From positions 1-64,000 of the IMG/VR virus record IMGVR_UViG_3300049491_000955: 64,000 nucleotides of DNA; one strand, 5' to 3'. Made by a program: the position numbers and the translations under genes. Shown here piece after piece: positions 29,331 through 38,022 of the stretch. Origin of the DNA: a virus. Each line of letters starts with the position of its first letter. Position 1 is the stretch's first letter. The notes beneath the pieces are model-generated. The model saw only the letters and a list, made by a program, of their open reading frames with translations, ran no database searches and was not told where the DNA came from.

Positions 29331-29768
29331 CTACCAAGGTAAAGTATTTTCACCTCTTCTTCCTACATAAGAAGTGCCATTGTAGTAGTTATTGACTGGC
29401 GGCTTCTCTTCTGCTGTTCCTGTAATCATTTTTAAAAGTCTCAAGTATTCTGCCCCGTATCGAGTCGAAGCATAATCGCTAGAACTATTTGATGATTTAA
29501 ATTGTTCCTGATATTCAACTTCGTAGCGATCGTCTTGAACTTCTATTCTTTTTACTGACCCTGAAGAGAAGCTTGAACCGTCAGAAGAAACATAAGGGGA
29601 AGACAAGCAAATTTTGTGAGCAACTAACAATTCTGTTGCTATTTCCACTAAAGTTCCCCATTGATATCGAGCTACTTCAATTGTTGCATCTGGTAAGAAA
29701 GCTTCAAACCTAACGGCTTCATTTTTTAATTCTGGATATTTAATTGCAAAACTTTGAAAGGTAATCAT
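29331..29768 (-). CDS. Head-tail adaptor (DUF4054-like), antisense inside the late cluster
   Basis: MITFQSF..KYPE...L.DA...WG......ELLVAH.I...G.VK...V.Y...YASTRYG.EYLRLLK. Confidence 0.75.
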   Translation of the reverse strand: MITFQSFAIKYPELKNEAVRFEAFLPDATIEVARYQWGTLVEIATELLVAHKICLSSPYVSSDGSSFSSGSVKRIEVQDDRYEVEYQEQFKSSNSSSDYASTRYGAEYLRLLKMITGTAEEKPPVNNYYNGTSYVGRRGENTLPW

Positions 29769-30207
29769 GATTGAAGATTTAATAAACTCTACTATCAAGA
29801 ATATACCTGATCCTTATTTCAGTGATCCAAATTTATCCTTGACTTTTAAAGTTGGCAACGGAATTTTTTTAGAAGACGAATCAGGCAATCAAGTTGAGCA
29901 AACTTTCTCTTATGTTGTTCTTGCAAGTGTTACTACAGATGCAAGCAACAAAGAATATGAAATGCCTGGACAAATTGGGCTAGATTCTCTAGTTCTTTGC
30001 GGCAGATGCGTTAACCCCAAGCTACTTCCACCTGGACTTGTTAACAAAGAAAAATTTGCCATTGCTACGCTGACAGATTTAGCTTCTGGACAAGTTCAAA
30101 CAGGAGTTTTTACTTTTATTCCTGTTGTTCAACAAAGATTTGAAGCTTTTACCAACCACATGGGAACAGCAATAAAAGGATACTTTAGTACCACGGCAAG
30201 AGTGTAA
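29767..30207 (+). CDS. Head closure / stopper-like protein
   Basis: Position and size; DESGNQV motif. Confidence 0.6.
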   Translation: MIEDLINSTIKNIPDPYFSDPNLSLTFKVGNGIFLEDESGNQVEQTFSYVVLASVTTDASNKEYEMPGQIGLDSLVLCGRCVNPKLLPPGLVNKEKFAIATLTDLASGQVQTGVFTFIPVVQQRFEAFTNHMGTAIKGYFSTTARV

Positions 30208-30209
30208 GT

Positions 30210-30602
30210 ATGGTCAAAGTTCGATGGAATAACATACAGGTTCCTTCTAAAATTACTGCTATTCTTTCCTGGAATGTTCTTTACGCTGCCGCTGTTCATG
30301 AAGGAGCTACATTTAAATCTGGAACTGAATTACCTTCTCGCCCTTGGATTATCTATTCTGCTCAAGAATACAATTTTTTGGCTCAGTATAAATATAATTT
30401 TATTTACAATAGTTACAATTTCCGCCAAGCTTTTATTAATGTTGCTAACGAATTTGGAGAAGCCTGTCAAGAGTCAATACGATCGCCTATTTGGCAATGG
30501 AATCGCTTAACTGTAAGACGCAGCGGCGAAGTCGTGACTAGCCCAAGAAATATCGTAGATCTGGGGAATCTATTGGCATCTTATTCTTTGGAGATTAACT
30601 AA
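30210..30602 (+). CDS. Neck / tail completion protein (HK97 gp10-like)
   Basis: YAAAVHEG...LPSRPW; SPRNIVDLG.L..S. Confidence 0.7.
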   Translation: MVKVRWNNIQVPSKITAILSWNVLYAAAVHEGATFKSGTELPSRPWIIYSAQEYNFLAQYKYNFIYNSYNFRQAFINVANEFGEACQESIRSPIWQWNRLTVRRSGEVVTSPRNIVDLGNLLASYSLEIN

Positions 30603-30970
30603 TGAATTCCAAAGAGTTGCGTACTTTACTGCTAGGAGTTTTGTCTAATGAATTAGGAGTTTATACAAACAATCAGATATCTATTTGGGTGTATGGCGCA
30701 GACTCTAATCCTCCTTCTTCTAGTAATGGACTTGAATGTTTGATTATGAAGCAGCCTTTAAGCCCTTCAGAATCAATGAGTGGAGGAATAAAATACAAGC
30801 CTCAAATGTGGCAAATTGTTTTGAAAAATTATGTTCCTTCAAATAAACTTGTTACTGCTATATCTAAAATAGAAACTAGATTAGTTGTGAAAAATTATCG
30901 CTATATGCCAGCATCTAACGATATTATTGAACAAGCGAACCTTTCTGTTTTTAATCCTATAGTTTATTAG
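30602..30970 (+). CDS. Tail terminator-like protein
   Basis: Position before the tail tube gene; size. Confidence 0.55.
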   Translation: MNSKELRTLLLGVLSNELGVYTNNQISIWVYGADSNPPSSSNGLECLIMKQPLSPSESMSGGIKYKPQMWQIVLKNYVPSNKLVTAISKIETRLVVKNYRYMPASNDIIEQANLSVFNPIVY

Positions 30971-30974
30971 CAAA

Positions 30975-31586
30975 ATGCCTACCGTTGCTTTAGAAAGAAA
31001 TAAAAGTGTTACTACTAATGCATTGAGTGTTGTTGCAAACGCTCAAACTCCAGTAGAAATAGACACTGCTCAAGAAGACGCAACTTTAATTAGATGGAAA
31101 CTTGCTTCGATTGATCCAGCCGCCTTCACCGTAGTCTCTAGCGCTGCAAGTGGCAGTACTACTTTGACCACTGCGATCGCTAATGGATTTGTAAATATTC
31201 GCGTAGGTGATCCGGTTTCAGGTACTGGCATTGCTGGCGGCACAACGGTTACCGCAAAAGCAGTTGGTGATCAAAGCTTAACTTTAAGTGCTGCAACAAC
31301 TGCTTTAATTTCCGCTGGGACAATTACTTTTGATCCGCCAGCGATTACGCCAACTCTGATTTTACTCAAAGTAAATTTTTACAGAGATCCTGTCAATCCT
31401 TCTTTAATGACCGCAGGTGTTACTTTTTATGCCTATGATGGCAGTCTGTTAAATGCTGACGGAACTGATTTAAACGCCACTAGAACGTTTCCTATGATTA
31501 CTAGTGTTCCTACTGGATCTCTTTCTGTCATTCCTCTTGACATGGAGGCTTATTATACGGCTATTCGTGTTGCCAAAGCTCCTTAA
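30975..31586 (+). CDS. Virion structural protein (beta-rich insertion GDPVSGTGIAGGTTV)
   Basis: A/T/G-rich protein in the tail module. Confidence 0.6.
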   Translation: MPTVALERNKSVTTNALSVVANAQTPVEIDTAQEDATLIRWKLASIDPAAFTVVSSAASGSTTLTTAIANGFVNIRVGDPVSGTGIAGGTTVTAKAVGDQSLTLSAATTALISAGTITFDPPAITPTLILLKVNFYRDPVNPSLMTAGVTFYAYDGSLLNADGTDLNATRTFPMITSVPTGSLSVIPLDMEAYYTAIRVAKAP

Positions 31587-31623
31587 TCTTTTTTCAATTC
31601 TTTTCTTTTTTTAGGTAAAAACA

Positions 31624-32319
31624 ATGCCAAGACCTGTAGGTGAAATTACTCTTTTAAACTTTGGTTTAGACTTACTGCTATTACCTAGGGGTAGCCGAAC
31701 AGTCACCAGAAAAACTATTACAATGGCAGTTGCGGCAGCGGCTGGCGCAACATCAGTTACTCTGACTGCAAACGTTTCTACTGTTATAAAATCTGGATCT
31801 TCTCTTTCTTTTGTTGCTCCTTCTGCTGCTATTGATAGGCAGCAAATATTGTTTACAGAAGATGTTACGGTTCTTACTACTAACACTGTCGCCCTTGTTG
31901 CGTCTGTTCAGCGTCCCGTTGCTCTAAATAGTACAGCTTCATTTGTTGATGGCTCTAGAGCCTTATTTGGTGTCCAAGGATTTGAACTACAGCAACAAGA
32001 TACGACTGTAGACACTACTAACACTCAATCTGGCTCTGGCACGGAAATGGCAATGATTCGGGCAGCCCGAACATTTCAGATGAGTGGCATTGAAATTCCT
32101 TACGATTTACAATTGCAGGAAGTTAAGAAAATTTGTCGCGACCCTGGTTTTTTTGGTAGAGAATTTTTTGCTACGTTAGTTTATCCTGACGGAGAAACTT
32201 TTGAAGGTGCTGTAAAAACTACAAACTTCTCTCAGCCAGGTAACCAGAATGAAGTAAAACGTTATTCTTTCCAGATGGCACTTCAGGGTGATCCAATCTG
32301 GCGTCCTTCCTACTTCTAA
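31624..32319 (+). CDS. Major tail tube protein
   Basis: VDTTN..SG...R.FQMSG...YPDGETFEG....NFSQPG..NEV..YSF.M..QG. Confidence 0.8.
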   Translation: MPRPVGEITLLNFGLDLLLLPRGSRTVTRKTITMAVAAAAGATSVTLTANVSTVIKSGSSLSFVAPSAAIDRQQILFTEDVTVLTTNTVALVASVQRPVALNSTASFVDGSRALFGVQGFELQQQDTTVDTTNTQSGSGTEMAMIRAARTFQMSGIEIPYDLQLQEVKKICRDPGFFGREFFATLVYPDGETFEGAVKTTNFSQPGNQNEVKRYSFQMALQGDPIWRPSYF

Positions 32320-32321
32320 TA

Positions 32322-32558
32322 ATGTTTGATTATTTAGTAGACTCGACAGGCTTGTTAGTCTGTCTTGTTAATTGTCGCATCGCAGGAAACACAATTTTTT
32401 GCGGTGCGACTGTTTTTAAAGGTGGCATTTCCGGCACAATTAAAGTGTACAATGGCACTACAGAGTTTAAAATAGAATTGCCAGATAGTCTTTTATCTGT
32501 TGCCAATTATCAAGCTCGATCCAGTATCAATGATGATTTAGAAGTGAAAATATGCTGA
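32322..32558 (+). CDS. Small tail-module hypothetical protein
   Basis: ORF tightly packed between tail tube and chaperone genes. Confidence 0.6.
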   Translation: MFDYLVDSTGLLVCLVNCRIAGNTIFCGATVFKGGISGTIKVYNGTTEFKIELPDSLLSVANYQARSSINDDLEVKIC

Positions 32559-33490
32559 AACCTGCCAACAGAAAGAAATTTCAAAGATTAGAAATAGTTT
32601 CCGTAGGAAATGAAGATTTAGGTTATTTTTATTTTGCAAAGTTAGGCTACATAAAAGCTGGCGAAAGAGATCAATTAGCTGAATTTGAAGCCGCTAGACA
32701 AGAATCAACTTTTGCTTTAGATTCTTTAGTCAGTGCAATCTGCAAAGATAAAGGTATCTCTCGCCAAGAAGCTTCAGATCTAGTCTTTGGTAAGAAGTTA
32801 GAAGACGGATCAGAAATAGCTCCTCTTCCTATTTCAGATCTATATGCTCAATACCCCGCTCAAACTGGTAAATTCTTAAAGCAAGCTAGCAGTCAAAAGC
32901 AAAAAAGCATAGTAGCTACTTTGTTTATCAAAGGCTATTACTCCGACACTGCCGATGGGGTCAAGTTTATCAAAGGTCGGTCAGCCAAGCCTGTAACTTT
33001 GGCAAAACCCGCCAAAATGAACGACAAAAAGATTTTAATTGAGCCAAATTTCTTTTACATTCACGATGGTCAAGAAATTAAATTTGGCGATGTATTAGTA
33101 ACTGTTAACGGTAACTACCGAATTGCTGAAGAAGATACGCCGCTTCCTATTGACGTAAGTGCAATCGCACAAGATCTTCCCGCAGGCGAAGTTGGCTTTC
33201 TTTATTCATCTTTGTCTCAATCCTATATTCTTGGTGAAGAAAATTGGAGCGATTCAGACACTTGTGAACAAGATCCACAAATGATTGATTTGATTTTTGA
33301 ATTTTATCAGAATGAGCAATCAGGCTGGATTAAAAATTTGGGGGAGACTCCCGACAAGACGACATCAGAGACACCTCCGACGGAGATTCAACCTCAGCTA
33401 TCACCAGTATTGATTGGCGAAAAATCTACTGGCGAATCCAAGGATATCGAATTGCCGATCCTCGTTTCTACTGCTGGGAAAAATTCTTAG
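32552..33490 (+). CDS. Tail assembly chaperone (gpG-like)
   Basis: Follows the tail tube gene; overlapped by a -1 frame ORF. Confidence 0.7.
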   Translation: MLKPANRKKFQRLEIVSVGNEDLGYFYFAKLGYIKAGERDQLAEFEAARQESTFALDSLVSAICKDKGISRQEASDLVFGKKLEDGSEIAPLPISDLYAQYPAQTGKFLKQASSQKQKSIVATLFIKGYYSDTADGVKFIKGRSAKPVTLAKPAKMNDKKILIEPNFFYIHDGQEIKFGDVLVTVNGNYRIAEEDTPLPIDVSAIAQDLPAGEVGFLYSSLSQSYILGEENWSDSDTCEQDPQMIDLIFEFYQNEQSGWIKNLGETPDKTTSETPPTEIQPQLSPVLIGEKSTGESKDIELPILVSTAGKNS

Positions 33491-33783
33491 AGCAACCAGA
33501 CTGGCTTATCATTGAGTGTCTTGAAGAGCTAGAGAAACAGAAGCAAGAAGATGCCAACCTTGCTTCTTACACTCATGCAATTGGTTGGACACGATTATTC
33601 AATGGTTTTGGCGACAAAGATAAACCTTCTGACCCTGTAGACTTACTTCCTTTTCGAGAGGCTGCTAAGAAAGCTAAAGAAGAAAAACCTGTTACATCTC
33701 GTACCAAACAAATCATTCTAGAATTGATGAATAGCCCTAAGATCTCGCCTCACATCACCGCCTCTTTAGCTATGCTACTCTGA
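33334..33783 (+). CDS. Tail assembly chaperone frameshift extension (gpT-like, -1 frame)
   Basis: The -1 frame opens after TAA at 33331 at A-AAT-TTG-GGG-GAG; encodes ...IDWRKIYWRIQGYR...DPVDLLPF...AMLL*; no upstream ATG. Confidence 0.75.
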   Translation, partial: KFGGDSRQDDIRDTSDGDSTSAITSIDWRKIYWRIQGYRIADPRFYCWEKFLEQPDWLIIECLEELEKQKQEDANLASYTHAIGWTRLFNGFGDKDKPSDPVDLLPFREAAKKAKEEKPVTSRTKQIILELMNSPKISPHITASLAMLL

Positions 33784-33995
33784 TGCACCAAGAGATTGCA
33801 GAATTGCTTCACGATCTAATCAGGAGTCCTTACCAAAAGAATTTTCCTGACATCAATAGATTACAGGATTTTTTCGATTACATTCACTGCCATATTGCTT
33901 GCAAAAGACTTTGGGATGACATCAAAAAGACTTACGACGTGACTGAAAAAGACATCTTTGCTATCAAACAAGCTTTAATCGATACTTACAGTTAA
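33783..33995 (+). CDS. Hypothetical protein
   Basis: TGATG coupling to the gpT-like stop. Confidence 0.6.
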   Translation: MHQEIAELLHDLIRSPYQKNFPDINRLQDFFDYIHCHIACKRLWDDIKKTYDVTEKDIFAIKQALIDTYS

Positions 33996-34039
33996 TCTGT
34001 TTAACTACTTGACAGATTCTCTTTGATGCCATACTAGCT

Positions 34040-34093
34040 AAATACCAACAAGCGATCGCCTAATTCGACTTAGTGCGATCGCTTGTTGGTATT
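34040..34093. terminator. Long perfect hairpin carrying two HIP1 sites
   Basis: AAATACCAACAAGCGATCGC-N14-GCGATCGCTTGTTGGTATTT between convergent genes. Confidence 0.7.
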
Positions 34094-34099
34094 TGGTTT

Positions 34100-34381
34100 T
34101 TACAAGTATTGACTAACAGCAAAGTGTCCGACGTTGGCTGCTTGGATATTACCTGTGGCAAGTATTCTAAAGAAGTGTAGTCCTATTAAGCTTTGAGTGG
34201 TGTCGAGAGTATATTTGTAAGTTCCTAAAGCAGTTCGGGTCATAGGATAGCTGAATTCTTCTTCTGTTGGAAGTTTAAAATGAATGATAACGCTGTCAGC
34301 ATCTAACGCAGTATCATTTTCTTTAACTTCTGCTATAAAATCAATTAATTCACCTTTCCAAAAAGCATTTATATTTGTCAT
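34100..34381 (-). CDS. Small Ig-like virion / tail accessory protein
   Basis: G.Y.Y..DT...G.HFFR..ATG..QAA..G.F.V pattern; start MTNINAF at 34381. Confidence 0.6.
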   Translation of the reverse strand: MTNINAFWKGELIDFIAEVKENDTALDADSVIIHFKLPTEEEFSYPMTRTALGTYKYTLDTTQSLIGLHFFRILATGNIQAANVGHFAVSQYL

Positions 34382-35678
34382 GGCTATACAAAACTTTTTT
34401 AGTAACATTATACCACCCAACGAAGGAACTGATAATGTTAGCTACAACATGGGGTTTCGTTTTACACTGACTGCCCTTTGTAAAATTGTAGGCGTTCGAT
34501 TTTATAAACCATCTTTGGAGCCAAATATTGATCACTTGGGAACTTTATGGGATGCTGACACGAGTACTCTTATTGATTCTATTATTTTTGCAGATACTTC
34601 TTCTTCTGCTGGATGGAAAGAAGTTTATTTCTTGCAGCCAATTGATGCTGTGGTAGGAAAACGATATATAGTAGCCGTCAATTGTGGGAATGGTAGCAAT
34701 GCTGGATACTATCCCTATCAAAGCGCTTATCATTCTTCTGAAATTCAGCAAGGACTTATTACGGCTACTGTAAGCGCAGGTCTTTTTAATGGTTCTCACA
34801 CTGGAATTCCGAATGCTGCTTTTAACAATGCAACTTACTTTAGGGATGTAATAATTAGCACGGGAGAAGATATAAGACTTCAATCATCTTCTTTAATCTT
34901 GCTTAGCACAATAAATCGGCTTAGATTAGACGCACGGTTGATCAATACTTCTTTAATTCAATCTACTCAAAGCCTTGTATTAAGAACAGACAAAAAACTA
35001 AAAGGAAATCTACCAACTAACTTAACAAATTTATTAAATGTTAAAACAGACAAAAGATTAATTCTTAATGCGCCACTTAATTCTTCGTTAGGTCTTGCAT
35101 TAAGAACAGATAAAAAGCTAAAAGGAAATCTACCAACTAATCTAACAAATATATTAAATCTTAGAATAGACAAAAGATTAATTCTTGCCGCTCCAGTCAT
35201 TTCTTCTTTAGGCTTTAAACTAAAAACAGATTTAAAGTTAAAGCTGTCTTCTACTTTTAGTAGCACGTTAAACTTAAAACTCAAATCAGATCTAAGGTTA
35301 AAATTTCCTTTTACTTCTGTTAGTATATTAGATTTAAAACTAAAATCTGATATTAAAATTAAATCTATATCGTTGTTTTCTTCTTCAAGCTTTGTAGTCT
35401 TAAGGCAAGCGGCATCATTAAAAAATCAGTCAAGTTTTCTTATTAATGATTCGCTAAAAGTTAAAACGGAAAAAAAGATTTCTACTTCTTTGGTTTTCCC
35501 TAGTCAAATAAATTTAAACATTAAGACTAATTCGGGAAGCTTAAGATCTAATTCAGTCTTAAGTTCTTCCTTTAATCTTAGACTACAGGTTACACCTTCT
35601 TTAGTTGTTCCTAAAAAAGGAAACTTGCAAATATCAATACAAAGGAAATATAATTTGATAGTTACTATAGAAAAATAA
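34380..35678 (+). CDS. DUF4082-domain tail fibre-like protein with 20/40-aa repeats
   Basis: MGFRF...IVGVRFYK...H.G.LW...GW.EV.F..PI....G.RYIV...P...FN.ATYF.DV, followed by repeats. Confidence 0.75.
   Translation: MAIQNFFSNIIPPNEGTDNVSYNMGFRFTLTALCKIVGVRFYKPSLEPNIDHLGTLWDADTSTLIDSIIFADTSSSAGWKEVYFLQPIDAVVGKRYIVAVNCGNGSNAGYYPYQSAYHSSEIQQGLITATVSAGLFNGSHTGIPNAAFNNATYFRDVIISTGEDIRLQSSSLILLSTINRLRLDARLINTSLIQSTQSLVLRTDKKLKGNLPTNLTNLLNVKTDKRLILNAPLNSSLGLALRTDKKLKGNLPTNLTNILNLRIDKRLILAAPVISSLGFKLKTDLKLKLSSTFSSTLNLKLKSDLRLKFPFTSVSILDLKLKSDIKIKSISLFSSSSFVVLRQAASLKNQSSFLINDSLKVKTEKKISTSLVFPSQINLNIKTNSGSLRSNSVLSSSFNLRLQVTPSLVVPKKGNLQISIQRKYNLIVTIEK
34974..35215 (+). repeat. 120-bp (40-aa) tandem duplication
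   Basis: LRTDKKLKGNLPTNLTN.LN...DKRLIL.AP twice. Confidence 0.85.
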
Positions 35679-35682
35679 TAAA

Positions 35683-36078
35683 ATGCCCATTGGAACTACT
35701 TTCGCCAACACTGTTTGGAATCATTTCTTAGGTGCAACAGTTGCAACCCCTTCCGCTAACGTAAGAATAGCTTTGTTTACTGCTTCACCAAACTTTACAA
35801 CTGGAGTTGGAGGCACGGAAGTTGCTGATGCAACTTATGCCCGAGTGCAAATAACAAACAACACAACAAATTTTCCTGCTGCTGCCAACAGGATAAAATC
35901 TAATGGCGTAAAGATTAGCTTTGCTGCTTTTACGGCTGCCTCTACGGTTGTCGCTTGGGGAATGTACGATGCTTCTAGTGTTTGGATGCTTGGAAATACT
36001 TTAACTGCTCCTAAAAATATCAATGCAGGTGATCCAATTTATTTTGATATAGGAGACTTAACTTTGCAGCTTGATTAA
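35683..36078 (+). CDS. Small tail fibre-associated structural protein
   Basis: ALFTA.P...GGTEV....YAR......F..A...N...I.F......WG.YDA...L..PK.I..GD...F..G.L. Confidence 0.8.
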   Translation: MPIGTTFANTVWNHFLGATVATPSANVRIALFTASPNFTTGVGGTEVADATYARVQITNNTTNFPAAANRIKSNGVKISFAAFTAASTVVAWGMYDASSVWMLGNTLTAPKNINAGDPIYFDIGDLTLQLD

Positions 36079-36079
36079 T

Positions 36080-36116
36080 AACAAAAACCTCGGCAGTTAA
36101 CCGAGGTTTTTTGTTT
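36080..36116. terminator. Bidirectional terminator
   Basis: aaaaACCTCGGcagttaaCCGAGGTtttt. Confidence 0.75.
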
Positions 36117-36471
36117 ACATACTTGGAAAACTTCTTACTTCTCTAACGTATCTTAACTCTAACTCAATTTCAATTTCATTTATTTCAGGCTCCTCTCCTA
36201 GCTCTGCTAAAGCAACATCAGTTCTTTCTAATTCTACTAAAGCAACAAAGTTAAATTTAGTTTTTCCGGTCACATTGCTGTACTTTACGAGATAACATCC
36301 AATTAAAACTCCTTTCTTTAATATATCGGGGCAATTAAAGTGCCATTCTTGAATTATTGTTTGATCTTTATCAAAAACTTCTTTTTCAACGTATCCTGTT
36401 ATTAAAACCCGCAACAACGACTCTTCCTCAATCCATTCTTTGTTGAGTGCAAGACTGAATTCTAAAATCAC
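36115..36471 (-). CDS. Hypothetical protein
   Basis: ORF with its own TTGCTA-17-TATATT promoter (~36502-36530, minus strand). Confidence 0.6.
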   Translation of the reverse strand: MILEFSLALNKEWIEEESLLRVLITGYVEKEVFDKDQTIIQEWHFNCPDILKKGVLIGCYLVKYSNVTGKTKFNFVALVELERTDVALAELGEEPEINEIEIELELRYVREVRSFPSM

Positions 36472-36564
36472 AAAACCGACCCTTTTCTCTTTCTTTTTTT
36501 CAATATATACTATCGTTAGACTACTAGCAACACTTTTATGAAAATAAATTAAATCAAAAACTAC

Positions 36565-36593
36565 TTGACAGCCGTAGGACTACTGGATATACT
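36565..36593 (+). promoter_or_regulatory. Near-consensus sigma70 promoter
   Basis: TTGACA-17 nt-TATACT. Confidence 0.8.
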
Positions 36594-36623
36594 ACAGAGG
36601 TAATTAAGAAAGCAAAAAAAAAG

Positions 36624-36794
36624 ATGAAGACTAAAAGTATTAAGTTTTTAGCTTGCACTACTGTAACCATCGAAATTCCTGATGATTATCCAGAAGATGA
36701 AGAAGAATGGACATACGAACAAGTTGATGAAATCACTGATCTAGCATATGATAAACTTGAAGGATGTATTCCAGACTGGGAGATAGATTTTTAA
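36624..36794 (+). CDS. Small very acidic protein (56 aa, absent from the ORF track)
   Basis: MKTKSIKFLACTTVTIEIPDDYPEDEEEWTYEQVDEITDLAYDKLEGCIPDWEIDF; own promoter and a terminator at 36829-36860. Confidence 0.7.
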   Translation: MKTKSIKFLACTTVTIEIPDDYPEDEEEWTYEQVDEITDLAYDKLEGCIPDWEIDF

Positions 36795-36887
36795 TTTAAT
36801 TTAACAAAAAAACAATGAACTTTAAATCAAAATCCTTGTGCAAATGCACAAGGATTTTTTAGCATTAATACAATTTTGCAAAATAAA

Positions 36888-37055
36888 TTAAAGAATAGCG
36901 ATCGCAGTAGCCAGTTTGCTGATAATCAGAGCTAATTCTGGCTTTAAACTTTGAATTTCTGATGGTGTAGCGCGAGTTAGCTTGTTCAGCGCTTGATGAA
37001 TATCTGTATGAGATGTTTTGAGAATGTTCAACACAATTATTCTTGATTGTTCCAT
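36888..37055 (-). CDS. Small hypothetical protein
   Basis: MEQSRIIV...LATAIAIL; an alternative in-frame ATG lies at 37130. Confidence 0.45.
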   Translation of the reverse strand: MEQSRIIVLNILKTSHTDIHQALNKLTRATPSEIQSLKPELALIISKLATAIAIL

Positions 37056-37128
37056 GTTCCGATAGGTGTGTTGCGAGTAGTAATATTGTAACAAAGATGA
37101 TACTATAAAGAGAGTTTTAAATAAAAAC

Positions 37129-37920
37129 ATGTTGACACTGATTGAATTCTTGCCATTAAAAAGAACATTATTAGATATTTGTTTAAACAATCAGCCTTAC
37201 GAAGCGTGTGGATTTCTTATTTGGCAATCTTCAAAGTTGACTATTTTCCCTTGTCAAAATGTGCACCCGGATCCTCTAAATCATTTTGAAATATCTGTAA
37301 ACTCTTATGCTGCGGCTGCTAAGAAAGGTCAGATAGCTGCTATTTATCATAGTCATACTTACTCCTCAATTCAGAACGGTAAATTAGACTTTAGCCAAGT
37401 TGACCGCGCTGTTTGCGAAGCTTCTGGATTACCTTGGATTCTTCTGTCCTTACCTCAAGAAGAAGTTAAGATACTTTATCCTATTGGCTATATTCCTCCC
37501 TACATTGACCGTCCTTTCTCTTATGGCTTGTTGGACTGCTATGCTTTGGTCAGGGATGTCTATAAGCAAGATTTGAATATTCTGCTTAATGATTACCCTA
37601 GGGGAAAGGAAGGGGAGTGGAATGACAATCCTAGCTGGAATTTCTTTGTAGAGAATTTTGCTAAAGAAGGATTTGTTGAGTGCGATCGCCGTGCTCCTTT
37701 GCAAAAATATGATATTCTACTCATGCAAATTGGATCGGCGAAATTGAATCACGCGGCAATTGTTTGGGAGCCAGAACGCAATATAGTTTTACATCATTTA
37801 GCTGGAAGATTTAGCGGTTATACAGTATTCGGTGGTAGCAGCTATCGCACAGGTAAACTGTTACGCCACAAAAGCAAATTCACCAAAATTGTTAGCAGTC
37901 GTTTGGAGTACGCAAAATAA
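37129..37920 (+). CDS. Tail tip assembly protein K (JAB/MPN + NlpC/P60)
   Basis: PYEACG, YHSH....S..D, RPF.YG..DCYALVRD.Y, NHAAI, LHH. Confidence 0.92.
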   Translation: MLTLIEFLPLKRTLLDICLNNQPYEACGFLIWQSSKLTIFPCQNVHPDPLNHFEISVNSYAAAAKKGQIAAIYHSHTYSSIQNGKLDFSQVDRAVCEASGLPWILLSLPQEEVKILYPIGYIPPYIDRPFSYGLLDCYALVRDVYKQDLNILLNDYPRGKEGEWNDNPSWNFFVENFAKEGFVECDRRAPLQKYDILLMQIGSAKLNHAAIVWEPERNIVLHHLAGRFSGYTVFGGSSYRTGKLLRHKSKFTKIVSSRLEYAK

Positions 37921-37989
37921 TTTTTCACAACGGTGACATCTCCTACACTCCGCTTAAGTGATAAAAGTGATCGCCTGTAATAGTTAAGA

Positions 37990-38019
37990 AAAAGCCAGCC
38001 AGTGAACTGGCTGGCTTTT
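37990..38019. terminator. Bidirectional terminator
   Basis: aaaAGCCAGCCAGtgaaCTGGCTGGCTttt. Confidence 0.8.
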
Positions 38020-38022
38020 ATT

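Noticed and set aside
37088-37103. NtcA box upstream of gpK
   Set aside because: Spacing is GTA-N10-TAC, not N8.
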